A DNA stretch of 61,839 nucleotides, the filler included, from Sphacelaria rigidula (taxonomy: Eukaryota): the NCBI GenBank assembly GCA_964200075.2. It is 9 parts of 9 records of this genome, joined end to end, with 100 filler letters (N's around TTAATTAATTAA, not from the genome) between each part and the next. Parts side by side here need not be neighbours in the genome. Positions count along the whole stretch, not along the records: positions 48,176 to 54,957 come from CAXNAA020018118.1; positions 55,058 to 61,839 come from CAXNAA020018119.1; 7 more parts are not named here. One strand, given 5' to 3'. Of this stretch, positions 49,900 through 60,119 are shown one piece after another. The notes beneath the pieces are model-generated. The model saw only the letters and a program-made list of their open reading frames with translations. It ran no database searches and was not told where the DNA came from. The position numbers and the translations under genes are program-made. Within the stretch, counting starts at the first letter, position 1. Each line of letters opens with the position of its first letter.

Positions 49900-52800
49900 T
49901 AGACTGCCGTACATGAAGCGAGTATGATCATGCACGATCGGCACGTCGCTGTACAGTCTTTTTGGCGGTACTCACTCGGTACACTAATAAAACAAGGTTT
50001 CGGTGGCTCGATCAGCATGCCACTGCACCTCTTTTGTGACTATGGTTGACTGTACATTTTAGGCTTGCGCCTTTTTGTCCTCATCTATCAGAAGCTTGTG
50101 TACGTTACATGGGTGTAGTTGATCATTGTTACCCTTGATGACCATGTCGGGTCGGTAGGTTGAATCTAACGACCGTACTGGATGGTGAGACTGCTATATC
50201 TTCTACACTTCGAGGTTAACCATCTGTGTCCTTGTATGCCCCTGTGCGCGGCACTTCACTCAGTTGCCATGTGAAAACACTCCAGCAGTATAAATCTTCA
50301 AATACCTCTCGGTCAAATAGTGGTACTCGATAGGATTGCTCCAAGCATGAGACCCGCAACCGACCTCGATTGGTGGGGTGACAGGAGCGGTCGACGGCCC
50401 AGCATCTGCGGAGCGGGGGGCGAGGTATCTATACGAGCAGCATCAATTGGTCAAAGTCGCACGAAGGGCCTGCGGATTTGGTTAGAACGGCGCGACTTGG
50501 GTGACTTCAAGCTTGCGAGAGTAACCTACATGTCGGTGTTAGACAGCGGCGTCGTTGTTTTTCCAGTGTCTACGGCTCTACTTGTACCGTCTGCCGGCAA
50601 TCCTGACAATCATCTTCCCTCTAGCTGTAGCCCCCGTGAAAGAACGAACTTCGACAGTAAACCTGAAGCGAACTTGTCTGAAGAATGAGTCGTCGACGTC
50701 AGTCTGTGGTTTATGCGCGTGCAGGAGACGGGACGGGACGTCCTTTAATGCATGCTGCGCTCGCTCTCGCCACTGGAGATCTACATCGTACTACCTTAGT
50801 CTGAGAGCGGACCTGTGCCGTTCGGAGCATATATCGTGTGCAGTTTGGAACAACCACATCAAAGCTGAACAGTCAATGACTAGCCTATACGTCCTGCCTT
50901 CTAGAAACGGTCTGAAGGTTTGGACTCCCCACTATATGGTCATGCACTCCCGTTCCGTAGGTACTCTACGTGCGTCAGTGCGAGAGAGTCTGTGACTGGT
51001 GAAGGCAATGATGCGTGTTTTGCCTTCCACTGGTTGCAACAGTACCGTACCTTCCCCTTGCCCCCACTGCCTCCCCACCTACTATCGCGTCTGTCTGCAA
51101 CACAAATAATCTATTAGGATGAGGAAAAACTGGATTGTCGGTGAAGACGCATGGATTTGAGCGCCTGAAGCGCTTACTCTTCCAAACCCTGAGATGTGGG
51201 GAATTGTCGTGTTCGCTAGGATGCTGTATGCCTTCTTGACGGGCTGTATTTTTCATCCATTTTCATCCATTTTATGATGGTATTGAATGGACACGAAGGA
51301 GCAGTACGTGAAACAAAACCCGTTAGTGAGGCCTCGAAGTTCTCATTGCGAAAAACGTCGGTCAACAGCGCGGCGACTAAGGTGCAGCTTGCAGCAAACT
51401 GCCGCAGGTAGCCTATGGGCTCTAAAACACTGCATGGTTCCTCGATCGAGCACGGCCGAGGCATCTCGCCGATGGCTCCGCTTACGGAAGGCGCGGGTTG
51501 CACGCCGTCACTGTTGGCTTTTCATGCTAATACACTCTTGCTATGTCGACCCAAAAACGCATTTGGCGAAATTGACCGAAATTACTGCCGCTAACGAACG
51601 CTGCAGGACTACCACAAGCAGAGCCTGATGTTCATCTCATGAAGTGCTGGCAATGAGGATGTAGTCTAGTCAGCAAAGGCCTCTTGATGATTTCGTCAAC
51701 GGGTATAGGCTGCACACTAAATCGTCCAGCCAAAGGCACCCCCAATCAAGGTCGTAATGTAGCCCGTCCACATTTCCACGCGTCGTTTTGTGGCCGTGTT
51801 TCTCCGCAATTACGTTCCGGTGGATTTCTAACGCCAGGCCGAGATGCGTGAAGTTCCGCGTGCCTTTCAGACCATCGTAAATCGAGTGTATGCCTTCTGA
51901 ACCAACACTGCTCCACACCAAGGGTTTGTTGGGCGCTCGCTAATCAATTTCCAGGCGTAGGGTATCGCCCCTCTCTTGGTACATGGGCCCTCAGCGGCGC
52001 AATGAGAGGCCTAGGGAGGAACGATCTCTCTGTCAAGAAGCTCGTGAATTTCACCCCGTATCATGTGACGCTCTTTAGGGCAAAATAGGCGTTGTTTTGG
52101 TGCAAATGGCGTACAAGATTCGTCAGTGACGGGGAATTCAAGTTCATCGTTGATGCAGTTTGGGCATCGTGGGAAACCAGACCGGCGTTGATGAAACTCG
52201 GCAGGACATCGATAAGGTCTTCTTTCCCCGCCACTCCCAGCGAGTAATGCCGCAATTCCGTCCCCCCCTCAAACGAGCCCATCCCAGATCATGAGTACAC
52301 CCTCCATACAAACAAGCCTCAAAAACGCCACAAACAAATGTCGATACGTCACATGACGGCTGGTTTCAGACTATATGAAGCGCCTCCTAAGAAATACAAT
52401 AGTGAAAACAATCCCAAGCGTGGGAGTTCCCGGCTACTCGGTGTGCTCGGCTTTTGTCATTTTGATTCGCCTGTAAGTTTATTCTTCTCGAACCAGTATA
52501 TCTCCAGCCGTCTCATATTTGCGTTGGAAACGCGAATCTGAACAGGAGAGGGGATTGTGCAGACACTATCGGGGCGCGCGACGCGGGATGTGTGTCGTGA
52601 TTGGCTTTTCACCGTGGATGGGATTAGTACAAAGCTGACTGAAAACGAGCGGGGTCACGTATGTTTAGTGCTATCATACTAGGGACCGTACCGCTTGTCT
52701 CTACTGCTACCTGCGCTTTACCCCCCCCTTTCTAAATTACAGTACACTGGCGGCCCTGAAAGCCACCACAACATGCGTTCAGCTATTCCTACCACTGCTT

Positions 52801-53010
52801 CTTCGTCAAAATCAAAGCTATCCTGGGATAATACGATTACTACCTGTCTGTCTTGCGGTTGTAGCTCGATGGCAGCTGTTTTTACGGCAGAACCCCCGAT
52901 AATGACTGCTTGGCTAACCAAGGAAAGCTCACAACTGCGTCCTCCCAGGATATGTTGTGATAACGTAATGTATGAGCGGACGGGGTGCTTTTCGGATTGC
53001 ATCGGATTTT
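49900..53010 (-). mobile_element. Probable heavily decayed DIRS-type (tyrosine recombinase) retrotransposon
   Basis: Degenerate motifs in DIRS order on the minus strand: NAYF (~52085), CLWLDDL (~51725; RT YxDD-like), EASLTGF (~51325) and VFTDN (~51140; RNase H-like), VAPF*P (~50490; MT-like), HSHKRGA (~50035; YR box II-like). Frames are broken. A Pro/Ala-rich gag-like region may extend to 54957. Confidence 0.45.
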
Positions 53011-53785
53011 AAAGACTCCTACGGTTAGGGTAGGTGTTGGGGCAAATATCAGGGGTGCGGTCCCTGCAGGGACTGGTCCGAGCGCGGAGTGCGGGCTCGT
53101 CGCAAAGCTGCCGTTCTTCAGCGGTGGCTTACAGCACTGACCGAAGCTCAATACGTGATGACTCTAGACATGGGTCTGATTGGAGAAGAAGACGGCCACG
53201 AGGCAGCAGGCGAGCTTACCGCGTCGTCAGAAATGACCCCCGATAACGCCAAAGTCCCACTCGGTACGTACGGGTGGGCCCCAGGTACACGTGGCCTGGA
53301 GAACCTGCGACGACCGCCTTCGGCAACAACCGCCAGTCACCACGGGCGTTATTACTGGGTAGCAGGTGAAATCTGGCGCACGCGACACGTGCGGTGATGC
53401 ACCCATGAGGCAGTGTATACGCCGTAGCTGTCTCTGAAAGTGGCGATACCAGAAAATAAAGCAACTCATCGTAAGTTGTCATTCGAATGCAAGAAAATCA
53501 GTAGGTTTCGGGCCGAATAATCTTAGCAGGATGCAGCTCACCCTTCATGCGACTCGCCGGGCGCACCACGACGCTTCGCGCTTGGTGGTTTGAGTGCGAG
53601 CCTGGTCCGGTGAAAACCCAGCGTGCCCCGTCCCGGCTCTGTAGGGATGAGAGGTCACTGGTCGTATGACTATGGCATGCATGATTATGAGTACACGCGA
53701 CGCCTATGCTGGCTTTGTGCAATTGAACTTTCGCTAGACACCGGGACAGGTGGGGGTGATGGCATGTCTCGAATGCTATCGCGTA

Positions 53786-53998
53786 GTGTAATGCGTGAAA
53801 GGACCGCATGCTTAGAGGACCGCATCGGGATTTGAACATCCCTATGGCAAGTGTTAGGATTAGGGTTAGTGTTAGGGTTATGGTCAGGGGTGTGGTACTT
53901 GCAGGGACTGGTCCGATTGGTTTTGAAAGACGTCGATCCTGGGGTGCTTTGAACTACGGCGCGGTCCTCTAAGCACGCGATCCTCTCACGCATTACAG
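53786..53998. mobile_element. MITE with ~38-bp TIRs, TA TSD and internal telomere-like TTAGGG repeats
   Basis: TA|GTGTAATGCGTGAAAGGACCGCATGCTTAGAGGACCGC ... GCGGTCCTCTAAGCACGCGATCCTCTCACGCATTACAG|TA; GTTAGGATTAGGGTTAGTGTTAGGGTTA at 53853-53880. Confidence 0.85.
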
Positions 53999-55439
53999 TA
54001 GTCCCAAACATCCAAGAGCGTTAGCTGGTATGCTCAACTCCAGTGCTGCGGGCGCTCTGTGTATGGCAAACCCACCTCAAAGTAATGTGCCCTGCGAATA
54101 ATCAGGTCGGTAGTGATGCCTCTGCTATTGATTCCTGACACACTTGCCCGTAAAGTGATCGCTACAGTGATCGAGAACCTGCTGTATGGCTTTATCCCTG
54201 GCGCAAACTATTTCAAGACACTCAACAGTAGTGTACACTTTGGCCCAGGTGGCGGTTTCCGTCCGATAACACCAGCCACATGCATTCCGTTTCTAACGAA
54301 CGAGAAGCCCCCTCAATCAAAAAGAGATAGCCCAGTTGCCCTGAACACTGCGTTCGAATTACTTGCTCTCCCGACCGCGTCCTCACTTTCAACGGCGTGC
54401 GATTCCCCTAGCTATTGTAATGCGTGACCGGACCGCGTGCTGTTTGGACCGCTTCCGAGTTTAAACGCCCCGGCTGCGGGGATCATACCGTACATCCATG
54501 GAAAAGGGGCGCCGCCGCGATGGCAGCACGAGTCGGTGAACGCGTGGCCGGAGACGATTTCGCATTCGCGCAAGCAGTTGATGACCGCCGCTCGTCCGAC
54601 CGTAGTTGGAGGTATGACCCGATTGATGGATGCGGCTGGTCAAGTTACCAGCGGGGCTGCGGTTACACCCGCTAGTGTGGACGTAGCGCCGCTGATCGGT
54701 GCTGCAGGCAGGAGGGCGTACGTACCAACTGCTGTGGTCCTAATAGCGTTCCCCGGCGGTGGTTCGTGCTACGTGAACTGGTTTGATGTTGGCCCTTGTT
54801 TCACGTACGGAGCATTATTTAGCCCCGGTGCTGTGGCGAGCTGGTTGGTGAATGACGCCCCGCAAGGTGTTGCAGAGCGGTGTGGTGAAATCACGCCGTA
54901 ACGGTTGAGTATATATTGGATCCTGGATGATGACCAGGGGACAAGGGCATCCTGTAGNNNNNNNNNNNNNNNNNNNNNNNNNNNNNNNNNNNNNNNNNNN
55001 NTTAATTAATTAANNNNNNNNNNNNNNNNNNNNNNNNNNNNNNNNNNNNNNNNNNNNGGCCATTTTTTGTACCTTTCTTGGGCAAAAAACGAGAAGGTAT
55101 ACCTTTTCTAGGTCATTTCTCTAGAAGTAATATCGAAGGCGTTGCGAGGTATCGAGTATGAACTGACGTGGGTGGGGGCTGGTGAGATGGGGCGCTGGGG
55201 CAGGTACAGTAGGTTCATTCACCTGCACGCTTTTTAATTTTTTTATGGCCATCGTTCGCCCATGCATTCAACATACTCTGTAAAGTGACGTCACGTAGTC
55301 GCCGACGGTCAGGGGTACTCACCATACCCAAGGGGCACTCTATACTCGAGTATTATTTAGAGTGCTTACTCAATATTTGAGTACAGTGGGGGTCACGGTT
55401 TGAGAGAGGGGTGTGGCTGATGAAGGAAACCTCTCTTAA

Positions 55440-55537
55440 CCCTTAGACCGCGAAATTAGTCTTTCTGGATCATGCATACTTTTCTTCACTTGAAATTGAT
55501 GCCGATTCTACAGAAGACTAACCTTGCCGTCTACGGG
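55440..55537. mobile_element. ~98-bp piggyBac-like MITE, copy 3 (nested in the Tc1/mariner-like element)
   Basis: TTAA|CCCTTAGACCGCG ... GTCTACGGG|TTAA. Confidence 0.88.
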
Positions 55538-56269
55538 TTAAACCCGGCCTTCTACTAAATCGGTTCAAGAGAGGCTTTCTCTTGAACCGAACAGTTGTTT
55601 TGAGAGAAATCCTCTCTTAGAACGAATACTTCGAAGTATATGGGTTACTGATAGTCTTTGAAGGGCCGCTTCTGCCCTCGTGCCGAATCAAAGTGTTGAA
55701 AGGAGCATTTCATATTGTTTACACAATATTTTTGTGCGCTACGAGACCCACATCCAGCACGATCCCCCCTTGTTAAGAAATCGATATATTCCGCGTTATC
55801 GAAGTTATCCCCACACCACCTGAACAGAGCGGCCAACCCAACACATTCACGCTACACACACGTCACATCTCGAAAGCAAACAACAAAAAGTAAGGCAAAA
55901 ATATAAAATACAGAAATCCACACATACTCTACTGTACTCTGCACTGCTGTACAAGTGGTTCTCTCACTACCAGTTGAACTGAAGTACCTACACTCGTCCT
56001 ACCCAGCAATAGACATCTGACATGCGCTCATCGGCAGCTTCTGCAACGCTACATCAAGTCTACCATGCAAGTTTCTTTTGTTTTCCTCGACTCGAACTCA
56101 TTCATCCAGGCCAGCTTGGCCTTACAAAGATGGTACGACACCTCCGCCATGTTACACCTCTCTGCTGTAATTCTGCTGTACAAGCACTGTAATACCCGCC
56201 GCAAAAGGCATCACGCTCGCAGCCAGTGGAGCTTGAAGCTGTTTGTGTATTACAACTGCTGTACGTACT

Positions 56270-56645
56270 GAGATGTAGTTTTTCGGGCTACAATGTGTGT
56301 GTTGTCGTCCCCTGTATTCTGGACGCCGTCAACTACCACGTGGCGGAAGTCTACTGATGTGGACGCACCAGTCGGGGTCACACAGGAGGAAGGTCAACTG
56401 AGGAGCTTTTTCTTTTTTATGTGTTTTTACCACCCCACCTTCCTTCTGCGGTGCTTGCCTTTTATATTTCATCGCGAGAGAGGTTCAGCAGTCCCGTTCC
56501 CTCGTCGACCGTTACGTCGAATTTTGTGTAACCATGACATGGTCGCTCTCCACTGTTGGGCATGGTGTGAAAAAAAATCTCAGATCACTCCGCGATTTGA
56601 ACCCACGACCCAACCGTCAGAAGGTTCCGAGGTTACCAACTACAG
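56270..56645 (-). mobile_element. tRNA-derived SINE
   Basis: Minus-strand head TAGTTGGTAACCTCGGAACCTTCTGACGGTTGGGTCGTGGGTTCAAATC has a partial A box, a CTTCTGA anticodon-like loop and a B box (56594-56603), followed by ~300 nt of unrelated body. 3' end approximate. Confidence 0.7.
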
Positions 56646-56824
56646 TGCTGTAGAGTAAAAGAGCGGGTGGGTTGGGGGTGGATCCGGTTTAAGAGAAAAG
56701 AGAGTTCGGTTTAAGAGAATGGGTCCGGTATAAGAGAAAGCAGGGTTCGGTTTAAGAGAGTGGTGTGCCAAGCTTTTTTTACCTCTCTTGAACTGAGTTC
56801 TCTTGAACCGTGACCCCCTCTGTA

Positions 56825-57025
56825 GAATATTTGAAGTCGTACTCGATCTACTCAAAAACTGAGTAGAGTGTTTCAGGCTGTACTCAACGTACTCAAAAAT
56901 TGATCACAGTATTTAAGATCGTACTCAACGTACTCAAAATTTGACTAGAGTATTTTAGGCCGTACTCTAGTGATACTCTATACCCGAGTATTGCTGAGAG
57001 TGCTTACTAAATATTTGCGTACAGT
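56825..57025. repeat. ~41-bp tandem repeat (GTACTCAACGTACTCAAAA...), continuous with 55314-55383 before the transposon insertion
   Basis: Units start at 56839, 56880 and 56921; ACTCTATAC.CGAGTATT..AGAGTGCTTACT.AATATTTG.GTACAG occurs on both sides of the inserted element. Confidence 0.75.
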
Positions 57026-57782
57026 AGTCGAGGCCGTACTTGGTATCGCAAGAAATTGATCATGTCATGAATTTCTCGAGGTTTTGTGAACTTTGTCGCA
57101 AGATATTGTTCAATGAGCCAGGAGTGCCCAAAAACAAATGCAAGGCCTTATGCCGATTTTTTTAATCCTTGGTGTTTTCCGGGGGGGGGGGGGGGGGGAT
57201 TCATGTTTATGCAGGGCATATTCATAGGAACGGGAGTGGGTGGGGTGGGGAAGGGTNNNNNNNNNNATGCAAGCCATAGTCATAAGACCGTTGAGTGCAT
57301 GATCATGAGTACACGGGGGGAGTGGGGGTTACTGAACCCCATACATGAATAAAATAATGAAAAGTATATAGAAAATAGAAATTCGTGTTAGTGAAGCTTT
57401 AATTCTTCGCATACCTTCGGAGCCAAGGTCAAGTTTTATTCATGATTTTCGGCACTACATTGCACATCACACTTCCACGACAAGAGCAAGGCCAGACAAA
57501 TACCACAATGATCTGCAATGCTTGCTCAATCGAGCTTAATACATCTATCTGCACCGCCAAGTTACGTCCAATGTTGTGGTGGCAGATAGGGCCAACAGTA
57601 ATGGGCGCTACCTCACCCAAGTCGCCCTAAAATGGCTATTTATTGAGTGTTTCTTACTGTAAAAAAATGAAAAAAAAATCCTACGATCGCCGAGGGGGAG
57701 GGAGGAGTACATGGGGTCTCGGGGGGTTTGTTTTGGGCACTCTCGAATGAGCACTGATTTTTTCGCAAGTTATTGATCAATA

Positions 57783-57965
57783 CGGCCAACTTTTATGGGA
57801 GCGTTTAGAATTTTATTTTGCAATAATTTCAAACGACTTTTTTTCTTTTTCTTTGCCGTAGTTGTTCATTTTGTGCCCGTTCACCATGATGACAAAGAAA
57901 GAAGAAAAAACTCCTCTGAAATGGTTGCAAAATAAAATTTCAAACGCTCCGATAAGAGTTGGCCT
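57783..57965. mobile_element. ~180-bp MITE with ~40-bp TIRs, TA flanks
   Basis: GGCCAACTTTTATGGGAGCGTTTAGAATTTTATTTTGCAA versus TTGCAAAATAAAATTTCAAACGCTCCGATAAGAGTTGGCC. Confidence 0.8.
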
Positions 57966-57977
57966 TAGCACATAAAG

Positions 57978-58122
57978 TTTCGATCGAAAAAGTGCGGTGG
58001 AGGACAAAAATCCTGATCTGATAGGCCATGATTTCAACGATCTTCAAAATAAACGACGATGGTTGAAATTACGACCCATAAGATCAGGATTTTCGTTTTC
58101 CACCGCACTTTTTCGATCGAAA
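57978..58122. repeat. 145-nt near-perfect foldback
   Basis: ~68-nt arms around a ~9-nt loop; the outer 24 nt (TTTCGATCGAAAAAGTGCGGTGGA) pair perfectly. Confidence 0.9.
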
Positions 58123-58191
58123 TAAAATATGCGAAGACACGCTCTGAACAATGATATAATGATGGAAAAGTCTGGTGGGCTATGCGGGGTG

Positions 58192-60119
58192 GAGTGATGC
58201 TACAGGAGGGGTACACAATTTTTTTCTGTGGTTAGAATTGTTAGGAGCCCTTCATCTCACACGAAACACGACTTATGTGGAAGTCGTGAGACTCCCGGTG
58301 ACAGTAGAAACTGTCGAAGGTGGCCGATGATTTCCCCTGGGTTATGTAGTCAAGGATTGACCGTAAGTCGTGGGGTTGAGGCAAAATGGATCACTCGGGA
58401 GAGCTCGACGAGCGCGAGCGAGTTAGCTCGATGACGAAGTCTGAGAGTCTTGGTCAAGAGTGATGCCCCAGAGATAGCCCGCAAAAATTATATCCACCTA
58501 TATAGGTGGATCCTTATTCCCACCGTAATCTTTTATCACGACCGATCCCGCGTTTTTTTTTTTAATTCGGGAGCCCACATTTTTTTAATCAGCTGCCCGT
58601 TACGGATGTGTGCAAACAAACTGAAGCTTTCACGCGTAGTACCGGAGTGCAGGCAGTAGCATACACGCAGTAAGCAAAGTGAAGCCTTCACGTGTAGTAC
58701 CGTAGTGTAGGCAGTAGTCAGTTGTCATATCTTCTGTATCTGCATCCACTGCCATGGACGTGCAGCTGCATGTGACCTCGAACCCTATAGTGAAGATGGT
58801 ATAGTACTGTACTGTATTGGCAAAGCACCGCTACCTACTGTGCTCGCGAGTACAGCCCGTGCTTGTAACCTCGCAGAGTACAGCTTGTACTCGGACATGG
58901 AGTAGTACAAGATAACAAGTACACACTACAGCTGTGCCGTGTTTGCGAAGCATATCCTATAGTTGTAATGTCGTACTGCTCGCAAAATCCACGGCTTGTA
59001 TTGTGAATACTCTTGCCTGTTGCAACACCCTGGCACTGACTGTACTACTTTTATACCGTGAAGTCTATATTGTACAGAATGTATTGTACCCATCATCTCG
59101 AGAAAAACAATCTCATCCACGGCACCACCGGATGATGAAAAATCGAAGTGGGTGTTTTCCATCGTGCTCAACATTGTCTCGTGCTGGCTAGACTTCGATA
59201 CTCCGTCGGTCCTCTTTATGTTTGTCTCTGCTGTGTACACTCATTTATCTCGTCTTGTCTGCTACGTACTTCCCGTTTCCTTCGAATTGTGTAATCCTTT
59301 TTAATGGACGTTCAGAGTGGAAGGGGAGGTGGGGGTTGCCATTTCGGCCCAGATATTTATCATGGAGAAACTCTCTAAGGTAGGACGGTTAGATTGATGA
59401 AAGCAAGGCATTTCAGGTGCATTTTTTTGCACACCGTGGCGTGCTCACACGCATTTTTTTAGTTGGTTTTTGGACGGAAGGCCCTGCTCCCAACGAATTC
59501 ATCGAAAAAATGTCTTGCGCTTCTGCTTGTGTTGCCATCGTATCAGAGGGAAGCGCTTGTAGGGGGTTTGTAGAAGTGGCGCGCTCAAATTCAGAAACTT
59601 TGCTCTGTTCTTGCTCGTTACCCGAACCCAGTTTGTTTGCACACATCCGTAACGGGCAGCTGATTCAAAATATGTGGGCTCCCGAATAAAAAAAAAACGT
59701 GGGATCGGTCATGATGGGTTACGGTGGAAAAAAGGATCCACCTATATAGGTGGAATTAATTTTTGCGGGGATAGCCAGCAGTTCGATGGGAAGATCCCTG
59801 TTACCTTGGGGTCCCAGATCCGGCTGTACAGACATGGAAGTCTCGGGGCTCCTGCGAACTTACCCCGGTAACAGCCGTTCACTATAGGTTACACGTCATG
59901 AAAGGAAATCTCTCCGCACATGCCCAAATGGCGATTTCCACACTTATCAAGATATGCGAGAGTACGCCAGGATTGCTACTTTAGTGTGCTGGGGTTGTCC
60001 CGAATAAATCTGCAAACGGGGACGCTCTGACCCATACTCTTGCGCGTCTAGAATCGTTAGGAGCCCCTGAACCAGACATCATCTCGCGAAAAAAGTGCAC
60101 CCCTACCGTAGCATTGCTG
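58192..60119. mobile_element. Same Sola-like MITE, copy 3, split by ~1.67 kb of nested insertions
   Basis: Left part 58192-~58283, right part ~59955-60119; TSD GGTG on both sides. Confidence 0.8.
58478..59769. mobile_element. 1292-bp non-autonomous DNA transposon with ~145-bp TIRs and 5-bp TSD (GATAG)
   Basis: GATAG|CCCGCAAAAATTA ... TAATTTTTGCGGG|GATAG; TIRs at 58478-58623 and 59629-59769. Confidence 0.88.

Larger units (their letters stand above)
55384..56822. mobile_element. Non-autonomous Tc1/mariner-like element with TA TSD and subterminal CGGTTYAAGAGA repeats
   Basis: TA|CAGTGGGGGTCACGGTTTGAGAGA ... TCTCTTGAACCGTGACCCCCTCTG|TA; no transposase ORF. Confidence 0.82.

Noticed and set aside
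49138..49902. 254-aa Ser/Ala/Pro-rich ORF
   Set aside because: Non-ATG start, no recognisable domain and no clear splice pair. It may hide an exon or retroelement fragment, but cannot be called.
6784..55057. Exact 6882-nt periodicity and the TTAATTAATTAA motif
   Set aside because: Artificial linkers between length-sorted contigs. Genes on different contigs are not neighbours, so no cluster or synteny can be inferred.
56580..56645. tRNA-Arg(TCT) gene
   Set aside because: No complete acceptor stem or 5' end; it continues into an unrelated body, consistent with a SINE head.
57032..57787. Possible TIR element with GAGTGCCCAAAACAAA inverted pair
   Set aside because: The inverted match is short, no TSD is visible, and the right end overlaps the neighbouring MITE.
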